Origin: a virus | Lineage: Duplodnaviria > Caudoviricetes | DNA: 39,593 nucleotides | Reading direction: 5' to 3' (one strand) | IMG/VR virus record: IMGVR_UViG_3300012953_000073 | Location: 1 to 39,593 of that record | Shown here: positions 19,116 to 28,862 of the stretch, piece by piece | Layout: every line of letters starts with the position of its first letter | How positions within the stretch are numbered: position 1 is the stretch's first letter | Program-made: the position numbers and the translations under genes | Notes under the pieces: model-generated | Databases searched by the model: none | The model's input: only the letters and a program-made list of their open reading frames with translations | Told to the model about the DNA's origin: nothing

Positions 19116-20009
19116 ATGAAAAGCTACGAGCGGATAGTAATCGGCGGCGACTTGCGCGCTGCACTATTTGCATACATTCACGACCTTCCGCTATTCTTTT
19201 CAAACCCAATAGCTCCAATGAGGTTTGAATTTTTTGCACCAAGTGTTGATATCAGTTCCCTGTCCTTGGAAAACTGTTTGCAACAATTACGGACACCCGC
19301 GGGCACAATGGAGGTTGGAGCCTCCAAGTTAGATGTGTGGGAAAGGTTGATCTTCTTATTATCTTTAGGTGGCAACTTGCCTTTGGCTAACTTGTGTGAT
19401 AAGATAAGATACGATGGACAAAAGGTGGTATGCACGGATGAATATGCAAAAATTTATGAATTTAATTTTGATGTGTGTTATTATTTTGGAGACAGCAATA
19501 CTACTAATTTAAGTGAGCAAAGCGCACCCACCATAGGCAAGTCAGTTTGCTATGATTACATTGCACTACACAGAGGAGGAAAGCAAGAAGTCGACTACAT
19601 TTCCACTTCCGATGATTTTGTTGGCGAAATATGGTTATATTCTTCAGATAGGATTGATGGCAACACAGGAGTTAAAGACGCTTGTGTAGTTTCGACACTG
19701 ACCACAGAACAATTGTCGGATCCAAACTATTCCCAAACCATGGCGAGATTTAAGATGGAAAAAGCATTGCTTGACAATGGATTACGCGGGCCGCTAAATG
19801 GCTATTCATCCACCGGCCGGCCAAAACATTATAATTTTAAAACATCTCATTTATCTCGAAAAATTGTAGAACCCCATACTCCCCAAGTTTCGACCGTTCG
19901 CGGAGTTAAAATTATGGAGATTTCGGAGAGTGCATTGATGGATGAGTTCAAAGAAACAACAATGATAAAATACAGAGGTCTGCAATGCGGATACACGTCG
20001 CCGGAATAG
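19116..20009 (+). CDS. Hypothetical protein with a degenerate Rossmann-like N-terminus
   Basis: ERIVIGGDLRAALFAY resembles the beta-alpha start of a dinucleotide-binding fold but lacks a full GxGxxG. Confidence 0.55.
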   Translation: MKSYERIVIGGDLRAALFAYIHDLPLFFSNPIAPMRFEFFAPSVDISSLSLENCLQQLRTPAGTMEVGASKLDVWERLIFLLSLGGNLPLANLCDKIRYDGQKVVCTDEYAKIYEFNFDVCYYFGDSNTTNLSEQSAPTIGKSVCYDYIALHRGGKQEVDYISTSDDFVGEIWLYSSDRIDGNTGVKDACVVSTLTTEQLSDPNYSQTMARFKMEKALLDNGLRGPLNGYSSTGRPKHYNFKTSHLSRKIVEPHTPQVSTVRGVKIMEISESALMDEFKETTMIKYRGLQCGYTSPE

Positions 20010-20860
20010 TTCCAATTGCCAACATTGATACTGACCACGATAATGCGCATCCCGCGGTCCTGACCCCGATTGCCAATGGCTATAGCGCGCTCCAGAAATC
20101 AATTTATGAATGCGCTCTTGCCGGTTGTCGCACCATATGGGTTATAGCGAATGACGACATGATTCCGTTAATCCGCAAAACTGTTGGCGAATGGGTATAC
20201 GACCCGGTCTACTACAAAAGAGATTTTACTAAATTTTATAGCGAACAACGAAAAGAAGTGCCTATTTATTACGTTCCCATACATCCCAAAGACCGCGCCC
20301 GCCGCGATTCTTACGGGTGGTCTGTGCTCCACGGAATACACAGCGCTTGGAGGACTTCACATAAACTATCTCGATGGATAGAGCCTCAGAAATATTATAT
20401 TTCATTTCCAATGGGGCTGTTTGATTTTGAGAAAGTTAGAAAACACCGGAAACATATTCGCCATAAAGAAAAGAATTTTTTCTTTTCATTTCAAGGCAAA
20501 ACAGTAAAAGATAACTTACCGCTATCTTTTACAATGACAGGAGAAGATTTTAAAATATGCCGACGCCATATCAACCAAAAAACAACACGGGAGTATTTAC
20601 CCCCTTCACCCGACCAGCGATACCCGACGGAGAAGCTACCGCTAGCCGAGCGATGGTCAGCCCGAAGGTTCCCGATGAGCACAGTTTTTCACCCGATATC
20701 GACAGCAACCAAGATCGCACAGATCATCGACGCTGATTGGTTTTATGATGCCAGCGAATGGGAGCAGTATAAAAGATTTATAGCTTCCTCTCACGAACTG
20801 ACGAAGCCGTATGTCGAAATTATACGTCCTCGGTTGCATAATAAAGTTGCTATAGAATAG
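19985..20860 (+). CDS. Divergent nucleotidyltransferase-like (sugar-phosphate NTP transferase fold) protein
   Basis: AGIVPIA...LTPIANG..ALQKSIYECALAGCRTIWVI parallels the NTP_transferase N-terminus, but GxGTR is absent. Confidence 0.55.
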   Translation: MRIHVAGIVPIANIDTDHDNAHPAVLTPIANGYSALQKSIYECALAGCRTIWVIANDDMIPLIRKTVGEWVYDPVYYKRDFTKFYSEQRKEVPIYYVPIHPKDRARRDSYGWSVLHGIHSAWRTSHKLSRWIEPQKYYISFPMGLFDFEKVRKHRKHIRHKEKNFFFSFQGKTVKDNLPLSFTMTGEDFKICRRHINQKTTREYLPPSPDQRYPTEKLPLAERWSARRFPMSTVFHPISTATKIAQIIDADWFYDASEWEQYKRFIASSHELTKPYVEIIRPRLHNKVAIE

Positions 20861-20870
20861 ATAAATCTAC

Positions 20871-20899
20871 TTGCGCCATCGATGGAGGCATGTTATAAT
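20871..20899 (+). promoter_or_regulatory. Sigma70-type promoter for dnaE
   Basis: TTGCGC, 17 nt, TATAAT with a TGn extension. Confidence 0.7.
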
Positions 20900-20927
20900 A
20901 TTTATGTTGTAGCTCATAGGAGGGTAT

Positions 20928-23900
20928 ATGAACAGGCTCAACCCTAAGATAAAGTTTGTAGGACTACACGCGCATAGCGTAGCGGGTTCTATTTTTGATG
21001 CAATTGGTTATCCGCAAGATCATATGGATTTTGCATACGAAAATGGTTGTGAGGCATTGGCTCTCACCGATCACGGAAATATGAATGGTTTGGCATACCA
21101 AGTGCTCCACGCTAAAAAAATGCAAGAGGCCGGCCAGGACTTTAAGCCTATCTTTGGCTGCGAGGCTTACTTCACTCCATCAATTGCAGAGTGGCGTGAA
21201 GCCTACGATCAGGCGATGGAAGATAAAAAGAAGGCACGTGCAATCAAGAAGGATGCACAGTCTGGTGCCACAGTAGAGGATGAGGGAGACAGTAAGAAGA
21301 TCCAAGGCATCCTCAAGCGCCGGCGCCACCTTGTTCTATTGGCTCAGAACCAAACAGGCCTGAACAACCTATTTAAGCTGGTATCAGAGTCATACCAGCC
21401 GGAGAATTTCTATCGCTACCCACGCATCGACTATGCGCTATTGGAGAAGTACAATGAGGGCATCATCGCTTCTTCTGCTTGTCTTGGCGGGGTGTATGCT
21501 GGAAACTATTGGGAGAACCGAGAAAAGGGGGATGAAGCAGTATTGGATGCAATGCGCGAGTCCACACAACATATGGTCGACATTTTCGGCGATCGCTGGT
21601 ATGCCGAGATACAATGGAATAACATTAAAGAGCAGCATGAACTTAATCAATATGTGATTCAAGTTGCTCAAGAGTTTGGCGTTGGACTGCTGACAACAGC
21701 CGATAGCCATTACCCCAACCCTGACGCTTGGAAGGACAGAGAGCTTTACAAGCGCCTTGGTTGGCTTGGTAAGGGCACGCCATCGTGGGCCGAGGGAGAG
21801 TCAGAGCTTCCTGAAGGTGTCGAAGAGATTGGATACGAGCTGTATCCAAAGAACGGGGATCAGATGTGGGCTAGCTACAAGCAGTATTCTCGAGAACAGG
21901 GACTCGACTACGATGATGATGTGATTTTAAAGAGTATCGAAGAGTCTCACAAGATCGCATTTGAACGTATCGAATCCTTTCTGCCTGACAATACAGTCCG
22001 GCTCCCGGAGTTTGTTGTCCCTGCCGGGTTTACAGCTACTCAAGCTTTGGTTAACTATGCGCTTGAAGGCTTGAAAGATAAGAACCTTCACACAGACAAG
22101 GAATATACCGATCGACTAAAGCAAGAGTTGAATGTTATTGATGATCGCGGCTTTTCTAAGTATTTCCTAACGATGAAGTCCATCGTAGACGTGGCCACGA
22201 GTATGATGCTCCCCGGCCCGGGCCGCGGCTCCGCCGCAGGTTCCTTAGTCGCATATGCGTTAAATATTACTCAGGTTGATCCAATCAAGCACGGACTTCT
22301 GTTTTCTCGCTTCTTGCGCTCAGACGCAACAGACTATCCAGATATCGATTACGATGTATCTGACTCAATGGCTCTCAAAGAAAAGCTGGTTGAAATGTGG
22401 GGAGAGGATTGTGTCGCGCCCATCTCCAATTGGAACACATTGCAGCTTAAAAGTTTAATCAAGGATATTTCAAAGCTATATAATGTTGAATTTACTGAGG
22501 TCAATACTGTTACTTCGATTATGATTCGAGAGGCGACTCCAGACGCAAAAAGAAAGCACGGTATCAAGGCAGGAGTTTACTCTCCAACTTGGGAAGAGGT
22601 GATGGAATTCTCCCCTACTCTGCAGGCATATCTTAATAAATATCCAGCGGTCAAGACGCACGTTGAAGGTCTGGTGGGTCAGGTTCGCTCCTGCTCTAGA
22701 CATGCTGGTGGTGTGGTTATCGCAGAAAATTTAGACACGAATATGCCGCTGATTAACTCAGGCGGCGTGCGTCAAGCACCGTGGGCTGAAGGTCAGAACG
22801 TTCGACATCTTGAACCAATGGGCTTTATTAAATTCGACTTGCTTGGCCTATCTACGCTTAAGATGATGGAAGGTGCAATTGAGCATATCCTTCGGCGCCA
22901 TCACGGAGTGGAAGAACCCAATTTTGCTCAAGTCCGAGAATACTATGAAAAATACTTACACCCAGATGTGATAGATTTAAATGATCAAGAGGTTTATAAA
23001 AACATTTTTCATACTGGTAAGTGGGCCGGCATATTTCAGTTTACAGAGCAGGGAGCGCAGAAGTTCTGTGTGAGAGCAAAGCCGACCAACATTATTGATG
23101 TATCTGCTATCACCTCTATCTATCGCCCGGGCCCGCTGGCTGCCAACGTTCACGATGAATATGTGGAAGCTAAGGAAAGCCCGCATCATATAAAATACTT
23201 GAACGACGACGCTCACGATATCACACAAGAGACTTTCGGATTCCTAATCTTTCAGGAACAGATTGCATTGCTGGCTCACAAGCTTGGTGGCCTGACTCTT
23301 GACGAAGGCAACATGCTTCGAAAAGTCCTCACCAAGAAAGGAACCGGGAAGGGTTCTGTGAAGGGTAAACTGCACGACAAGTTCATCACCGGTTGTGTTG
23401 AGAATGATATCAACAAAGACGAAGCGCAGGCACTGTGGGATAAGTTTGAATACTTCTCAGGTTACGGATTCAATAAGTCACACGCCGTCAGCTACTCGAT
23501 CATTTCATTCCAGTGTGCGTGGTTGTGGAATTATTACCCTTCTGAGTGGATGGCTGCATTCTTGGACAAGGAGCCTGAGAGCCGAAAGGAGAAGGCGATT
23601 AATATCGCTAAGAAGTTTGGATTTGATATTGAGCCACTTGACGTCAACAAATCAGGTGTCGTATGGGAAATCAGCGCTGATGGCAAGACACTCATTCAGC
23701 CGCTCACTTCCATCAAGGGCCTAGGTATGTCGGCCATCGAGCAGGTTCTTGAGAATCGACCATTTATGAACGCTGAAGATCTTTTATTCCGCGAGGGAGT
23801 ATCGTACAGCAAGTTGAATAAGAAGGCGCTAGATGCACTTTGCAGAGGTGGCGCTCTGGACAATATTGTAGATGATCGTTTTAGCGGTAGAAAGCACTTT

Positions 23901-24359
23901 TGGTCTGCCTGTATTGTGGAAAGACCTAAGAACCTCAAGCGTCTGAGTGAGAACATCGACTTATATCGCCCAGAGGGAGACTTTAGTGAGGAGGAAATTA
24001 TCCAATTCAAGACAGACTTAACAGGCGTGTTCCCGATCAACCTGGTTATTAAAGAGGAAACAGTGCAAAGATTGCAAGAAAAGCTCATCCCTCCAATTTC
24101 AGAGTTTGATCCAGGGCTGCAGGTATGCTGGTTTATTCCCAGGAAGGTCATTGAGCGTAAGACAAAAAATGGAAAACTTTACTGGATTGTAGAAACAATC
24201 GATAGCAACAACGAGTTGACTACCATTAGGTGCTGGGGTGTAAAGCCCAACCGAGATCGGATCCATTTAAACAGGGCGTATATGGCACGTCTAGACTATG
24301 ATGAAAACTGGGGCTTCTCCACTTTTGCACTGTGGAAGACATTTAAACTATTGGGGTGA
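20928..24359 (+). CDS. dnaE: DNA polymerase III alpha subunit (family C)
   Basis: PHP domain (LHAHS, LTDHG, GCEAY, HLVLLA, ADSHY), GRGSAAGSLVAY, PDIDYD, HAGGVVI, KFDLLGL and YGFNKSHA. Confidence 0.95.
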   Translation: MNRLNPKIKFVGLHAHSVAGSIFDAIGYPQDHMDFAYENGCEALALTDHGNMNGLAYQVLHAKKMQEAGQDFKPIFGCEAYFTPSIAEWREAYDQAMEDKKKARAIKKDAQSGATVEDEGDSKKIQGILKRRRHLVLLAQNQTGLNNLFKLVSESYQPENFYRYPRIDYALLEKYNEGIIASSACLGGVYAGNYWENREKGDEAVLDAMRESTQHMVDIFGDRWYAEIQWNNIKEQHELNQYVIQVAQEFGVGLLTTADSHYPNPDAWKDRELYKRLGWLGKGTPSWAEGESELPEGVEEIGYELYPKNGDQMWASYKQYSREQGLDYDDDVILKSIEESHKIAFERIESFLPDNTVRLPEFVVPAGFTATQALVNYALEGLKDKNLHTDKEYTDRLKQELNVIDDRGFSKYFLTMKSIVDVATSMMLPGPGRGSAAGSLVAYALNITQVDPIKHGLLFSRFLRSDATDYPDIDYDVSDSMALKEKLVEMWGEDCVAPISNWNTLQLKSLIKDISKLYNVEFTEVNTVTSIMIREATPDAKRKHGIKAGVYSPTWEEVMEFSPTLQAYLNKYPAVKTHVEGLVGQVRSCSRHAGGVVIAENLDTNMPLINSGGVRQAPWAEGQNVRHLEPMGFIKFDLLGLSTLKMMEGAIEHILRRHHGVEEPNFAQVREYYEKYLHPDVIDLNDQEVYKNIFHTGKWAGIFQFTEQGAQKFCVRAKPTNIIDVSAITSIYRPGPLAANVHDEYVEAKESPHHIKYLNDDAHDITQETFGFLIFQEQIALLAHKLGGLTLDEGNMLRKVLTKKGTGKGSVKGKLHDKFITGCVENDINKDEAQALWDKFEYFSGYGFNKSHAVSYSIISFQCAWLWNYYPSEWMAAFLDKEPESRKEKAINIAKKFGFDIEPLDVNKSGVVWEISADGKTLIQPLTSIKGLGMSAIEQVLENRPFMNAEDLLFREGVSYSKLNKKALDALCRGGALDNIVDDRFSGRKHFWSACIVERPKNLKRLSENIDLYRPEGDFSEEEIIQFKTDLTGVFPINLVIKEETVQRLQEKLIPPISEFDPGLQVCWFIPRKVIERKTKNGKLYWIVETIDSNNELTTIRCWGVKPNRDRIHLNRAYMARLDYDENWGFSTFALWKTFKLLG

Positions 24360-24361
24360 GA

Positions 24362-25084
24362 ATGGCAGCGACAGATAAACTAAAATGGCAAAGATTATTG
24401 AATGAGTTGAGATATGTCAACGAAGAATTGCAGCTGACTCGCACGATAATTAAGGATGTGGCTCCCGATTTTGAAGATCACTATCGAGACTTCTGTATTC
24501 GCAATGATATCGATCGAGATCAGCTAAACAGAGAACACTCAGAAAGGATCCAACAGGTGTATGATGTGCCGCCGATTGAAGAAGACGATTCTATTTTGTC
24601 TGAGATCTCGGCTTCGATTGATATGCCCGCGATGGTTCCATCACCCGAGGCCTCGGAGGTAACACCGGAGCAGCGCTCAACAGAAGAGCCCGCGGTCATG
24701 ACGCAAGATGAGAAAGAGATGTACGAAATTTTTAACAAATTATTTCGAAAGATTGCGCTGACGCTCCACCCCGACAAACTTCCAGCAGCATTGTCAACGG
24801 AGGAAAAGGAAAGAAGGATAGATGATTTTAACGCCGCAAAGCAGGCATTAAGCGACCGTGACTACCTCCCCTTGTTGGATATCGCCGCTAAGTACGATAT
24901 AAAGACACCGCGGAATTACCGACAGCAAGCAAGATGGATGAAGAAACAAATCGAAGTCCTGAAAAAAGATATTGGTGCACGTCAGGCAACATATAATTAT
25001 CTGTTTGCCGATGCTGAAACTGAAGAAGAAAAGGACAATATAATCCGTGATTTTATGAGACAACTTTTTCGAATAAAAATTTAA
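24362..25084 (+). CDS. J-domain (DnaJ-like) protein
   Basis: FRKIALTLHPDKL ... FNAAKQA, containing the HPD motif. Confidence 0.75.
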   Translation: MAATDKLKWQRLLNELRYVNEELQLTRTIIKDVAPDFEDHYRDFCIRNDIDRDQLNREHSERIQQVYDVPPIEEDDSILSEISASIDMPAMVPSPEASEVTPEQRSTEEPAVMTQDEKEMYEIFNKLFRKIALTLHPDKLPAALSTEEKERRIDDFNAAKQALSDRDYLPLLDIAAKYDIKTPRNYRQQARWMKKQIEVLKKDIGARQATYNYLFADAETEEEKDNIIRDFMRQLFRIKI

Positions 25085-25102
25085 AATATTGTGTATAATT
25101 CC

Positions 25103-25131
25103 TTGACACCGCATACGCAATATATTATACT
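25103..25131 (+). promoter_or_regulatory. Sigma70-type promoter
   Basis: TTGACA, 17 nt, TATACT. Confidence 0.8.
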
Positions 25132-25163
25132 ATTAAAGTAAAGCCAACACCATAGGAGGGAAA

Positions 25164-25424
25164 ATGGCAACATCAAATAATCAAAAGAAGCAATATATTA
25201 AGGAGTACATCCGCTCCTTGAAGGCAATCGAAGATTGTATCGAGCCTTACCAAGAGCAAAAGCGCGAACTACGCTCGGAGTTCCGCAACAACGGTTGGCT
25301 CAACACAGATGAAATCCGTGCAGCTGTTAAAGCATACCGGCTTTTTAGGGGCAAGGTCAACATCGACGAGGTTGTCGAAAACTTTGAGATTATTTCTGGA
25401 GGGACCGATGCAACTTCTCAATAA
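25164..25424 (+). CDS. Small dsDNA-binding protein, GapR/DUF2312 or T4 DsbA-like
   Basis: IKEYIRSLKAIEDCI...KRELRSEFRNNGWLNTDEIRAAVK parallels the GapR-type helical pattern; strong AGGAGG RBS. Confidence 0.55.
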   Translation: MATSNNQKKQYIKEYIRSLKAIEDCIEPYQEQKRELRSEFRNNGWLNTDEIRAAVKAYRLFRGKVNIDEVVENFEIISGGTDATSQ

Positions 25425-25938
25425 AGCATGCACACAAATAGAAATGCTGCAAGAACTACAGCATCATGTCGAGCGTATCCATCAAATCAGCGAAACGCTT
25501 GACTTAGGAGACCCTTTTAGCTATAATAGAATGAGAGAGATTCTTATGGCTATCGCCCTGGGTCACACTATTGCCACCGAATATGCTGGCAAGGATGCAA
25601 CGGATGAAAATGGAGATGGAGCTGAGTACAAAAGCACAACTCAGGAAAAAATGAGTGCAACATATAACGGTATATCAAACTATGATAACTGGGATGAACA
25701 ATGGGATTACATTGTTAACAAGAAGATTGGTTGCTACAAGTGGCACTATCTTGCTCGATTTAACGGACCAAACATTGTAGAAATGTGGAGGATGTCTAGC
25801 GAAGACGTGCTGCGCTGCTTAGAACTTAAGTTGCAAAATTCTTGGGTTAACAGAATGAACCGTAAAGACCCGCGCCTAGGCGCTAACTTAACAGAAAGAC
25901 AAATTAAAAAATATGGAGAGGAGATAATTTTAAAATGA
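25408..25938 (+). CDS. PvuII-family PD-(D/E)xK restriction endonuclease-like protein
   Basis: GKDATDENGDGAEYKS parallels PvuII GNDAVDNAGQEYELKS (recalled), with collinear similarity at both ends. Start at ATG 25408 after GGAGGG. Confidence 0.7.
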   Translation: MQLLNKACTQIEMLQELQHHVERIHQISETLDLGDPFSYNRMREILMAIALGHTIATEYAGKDATDENGDGAEYKSTTQEKMSATYNGISNYDNWDEQWDYIVNKKIGCYKWHYLARFNGPNIVEMWRMSSEDVLRCLELKLQNSWVNRMNRKDPRLGANLTERQIKKYGEEIILK

Positions 25939-27053
25939 ACGAAGAACTTACATTAATCAACAATCAAGAAGAGGTTGAGCAAGAAAAAGATATTTTTGAT
26001 ATGACAAACTATGACCAACGTGATGGATACTGTCCCGTTCGAGACATACAAGTCAGTGAATATCAAATCCCGCTTGAACTTATTAGCCGCTTACCCAAAT
26101 CCGGACAATCCCGAGTTCAAGATTGCTCCGAAAGCTCTGTTATTGAGAAAGCAGAGCAGATGAAGAGCCCAAAAGGACAAACAACGGGTATTTGTGTCCT
26201 AGCAAACAAGCAGACCGGCACGTTTGATGTGTTCTGGGGCAATACGAGACTCCGCGGCAGCAAAATTTTGGACTCAAGAGGGGAGAAGATTTATAACTGC
26301 GACAAGGGCTACATATGGGCGTCTTTATACGAGCACGATATCTCTGACCTTGATAAATTTCAAGCTATCGAAAATAACATCCACGATGTAAACGAGAGGG
26401 CAACTCTCGATGATAATATAAATTCAATTCTTAAGATGATTGAGAGCGGTAAAGTAGATAGCTACCACGACGACAAGAAGAGCTATAATGATATCGAGCA
26501 AGATCAACAACGTGACGCAGTGAAAAGGCTTTACGAAGAATGCAGCATGCCCGGCAACAACTTTCGAAGGTTGTGGAACCAAGTCAAAAAGAAAAACAAA
26601 GCAACAAGCCGCAAGATGAAAACTTGGGACAAAAATGAACTGGCAGTTTATTTCGGTGCTCATAATGATTGTGGAATCACCAAGGAACAATGTAATGCGA
26701 CAACAGAAAGCGGCGCCGTTTTTGAAGTAGAGATTGATGGTAAGACCGAAAAACTAGCTGTATACTTTACTTCTAAGCAGTCAGAGTTTGCAACGAACGG
26801 AGTCGCAAACCCCCAATACAAGCGGAATGTCCAAAAGAAGGCAACATATGTCTTGGCAGTTGTCTCCTTGAATGACAGCAGGGGATCATCAATCAATCAG
26901 TCACGCGATACTGTAATTAAGAAAATCAGAGAGTGGAATGCCGAAATCAAAGCAGGCAAGAGTATTGACAGAATTATATTTGTCCCACAAACCGAAGCAG
27001 AACAAGACGTTGAAATGATAGCAGGTGAATATCTAAAGGATACGCTGTTTTAA
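25935..27053 (+). CDS. ParB/Srx-like N-terminal domain protein
   Basis: QSRV...GQTTGICV...FDVFWGNTRLRG...AIENN resembles the ParB-N motif order. Confidence 0.55.
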   Translation: MNEELTLINNQEEVEQEKDIFDMTNYDQRDGYCPVRDIQVSEYQIPLELISRLPKSGQSRVQDCSESSVIEKAEQMKSPKGQTTGICVLANKQTGTFDVFWGNTRLRGSKILDSRGEKIYNCDKGYIWASLYEHDISDLDKFQAIENNIHDVNERATLDDNINSILKMIESGKVDSYHDDKKSYNDIEQDQQRDAVKRLYEECSMPGNNFRRLWNQVKKKNKATSRKMKTWDKNELAVYFGAHNDCGITKEQCNATTESGAVFEVEIDGKTEKLAVYFTSKQSEFATNGVANPQYKRNVQKKATYVLAVVSLNDSRGSSINQSRDTVIKKIREWNAEIKAGKSIDRIIFVPQTEAEQDVEMIAGEYLKDTLF

Positions 27054-27989
27054 ATGAGCGGCATTGTACTTAAACACCAAGAAGGTCTGCAGTTCCTGTC
27101 GGACATACCCGACAACTCTGTAGATCTAATCTTGACAGACCCACCTTATATCACATCGCGTGATTCAGGTATGGACAAATGGGTCGATCATGTGGCAAAG
27201 CAAGATGAGGCTGGAGCCGAGAACCTGCGCTCTGTTAAGCAGTGGCGCGGCCTTAAAACGCTCCGCGAGTGGGTCGACTTTCTAAAAAATGACCGGTCAC
27301 TATACAATTATGACGAGGAAGGCAACCCAGTCAGCTTGATTGCTGGTGCACCAAAACGAAAGCTAAAGAAATATAAGGCTGACTATCTTAAATATGGCAG
27401 CATCTACGGTAAAAAGTACGCTGTCAAGACCAACTATGGTAAATGGGATTCAGAGTTCACTGTAGAGCAGCTTGATCTTTTTGTCAAGCATTTTTATCGC
27501 GTCCTTCGTCCCGGTGGTACTTGCATTATATTCTTTGACTTGTGGAAGATTACTAATCTCAAAGATATGCTTGAAAGAAAAAACGAGAAAGGAAACGCTA
27601 CGATGTTTAAACAAATTAGATTCGTAGAGTGGATTAAAACAAACCCGCAGCCAATCAACAGTAGTGTTAATTACTTGACAAACTGCAGAGAAATAGCGTT
27701 GCTAGGAATCAAGAAGTCTAGCCCCACATTCAATAGCAAGTATGATAAGGGCATTTACGAATACCCGCTGCAGGGCGGCAAGTTTAGATTTCACCCGACG
27801 CAGAAGAGCTTGCCGTTATTTGAGGACCTGATTAAGAAACACTCGAATGAGGGAGACTTAGTGCTAGATTGTTTTGCGGGCTCAGGAACTACAGCAATCG
27901 CTGCAAGAAATACAGATCGTGATTTTATTGGTTGCGAGATGGATGAAACATATTATATTAAATCTATGGAGAGGATTAAAAATGGATAA
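27054..27989 (+). CDS. Beta-class N4-C/N6-A DNA methyltransferase
   Basis: DLILTDPPY first, then HPTQKS and VLDCFAGSGTT (beta order). A long insertion follows DPPY. Confidence 0.9.
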   Translation: MSGIVLKHQEGLQFLSDIPDNSVDLILTDPPYITSRDSGMDKWVDHVAKQDEAGAENLRSVKQWRGLKTLREWVDFLKNDRSLYNYDEEGNPVSLIAGAPKRKLKKYKADYLKYGSIYGKKYAVKTNYGKWDSEFTVEQLDLFVKHFYRVLRPGGTCIIFFDLWKITNLKDMLERKNEKGNATMFKQIRFVEWIKTNPQPINSSVNYLTNCREIALLGIKKSSPTFNSKYDKGIYEYPLQGGKFRFHPTQKSLPLFEDLIKKHSNEGDLVLDCFAGSGTTAIAARNTDRDFIGCEMDETYYIKSMERIKNG

Positions 27990-28455
27990 ACAAACACAAG
28001 TAGTCATGTTCAGTTCTAAGACTGGGCAATGGGCTACACCACAGGACTTTTTCAATAAACTTGATTGGCGCTTCGGGCCATTTGATCTAGATCCTTGCGC
28101 AGATTGTACGAATACGAAATGCGCTAATTTTTACACCGAAGCAGAAGATGGTCTATCGAAAAATTGGGAGGGCTTTACAAGCTTTGTCAACCCCCCATAT
28201 GGCCGCGGCATTGAAAAATGGATTAAGAAAGGGTACGAAGAGTCTCGCAAAGATGATACGAAAGTTGTGATGCTCATCCCTGCCAGGACTGATACCAAGT
28301 ATTGGCATCAATATGTCATGAAGGCTGATGAGATACACTTTGTCAAAGGTCGACTTAAGTTCGGAGATAGTGAAAACTCAGCACCGTTCCCATCAGCGGT
28401 TATAGTATTTGATGGTTCTAATCAAAGACAAATATTTGGAGCGATGAATCGATGA
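27982..28455 (+). CDS. Phage-type DNA N6-adenine methyltransferase
   Basis: WATPQ, FDLDPCA, FVNPPYG, VMLIPARTDT and GRLKF motifs. Start at ATG 27982. Confidence 0.88.
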   Translation: MDKQTQVVMFSSKTGQWATPQDFFNKLDWRFGPFDLDPCADCTNTKCANFYTEAEDGLSKNWEGFTSFVNPPYGRGIEKWIKKGYEESRKDDTKVVMLIPARTDTKYWHQYVMKADEIHFVKGRLKFGDSENSAPFPSAVIVFDGSNQRQIFGAMNR

Positions 28456-28862
28456 AAGAAGATATTATAAAAGCAGCACTAATGAGACTGCAAGGTTCCA
28501 TCCTAGAGACATATGAAGCGATCAAGGATGAAGTGGCATCACCGGCGAAAGAGGGCACAGTTGATTCGATCGCGCAACTTTCGGCCAGACTAGCTCAGCT
28601 AGAGGGCGGCGCCATAACCCTACAGCAGTATGCATCTAAGATTGTTCAAGACGCCGATATGGCTGTTGCCTCTACTCAATTGGCTGCCGCAAGGATGGCT
28701 TTGGAGCAAATTGAGGCGGAATCTAAGGAAGATAGCAAGATTAAGGGAGGAGATTTGAAAAAGCGATCGCCAACTCTTAGGCGGTCACAACAGAATTCCG
28801 AAAAGCCTGCTGCAAAAAAGAGAAAGCCGCGGACAAAAAGGAAGAAGAGCGAAGATGAATAG
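28452..28862 (+). CDS. Hypothetical helical protein with a basic C-terminal tail
   Basis: ATGA overlap with the previous gene; Lys/Arg-rich end. Confidence 0.6.
   Translation: MKEDIIKAALMRLQGSILETYEAIKDEVASPAKEGTVDSIAQLSARLAQLEGGAITLQQYASKIVQDADMAVASTQLAAARMALEQIEAESKEDSKIKGGDLKKRSPTLRRSQQNSEKPAAKKRKPRTKRKKSEDE

Noticed and set aside
15318-24359. Inteins or introns in nrdJ or dnaE
   Set aside because: Both ORFs are continuous and of normal length, with no intein-type motifs noticed.
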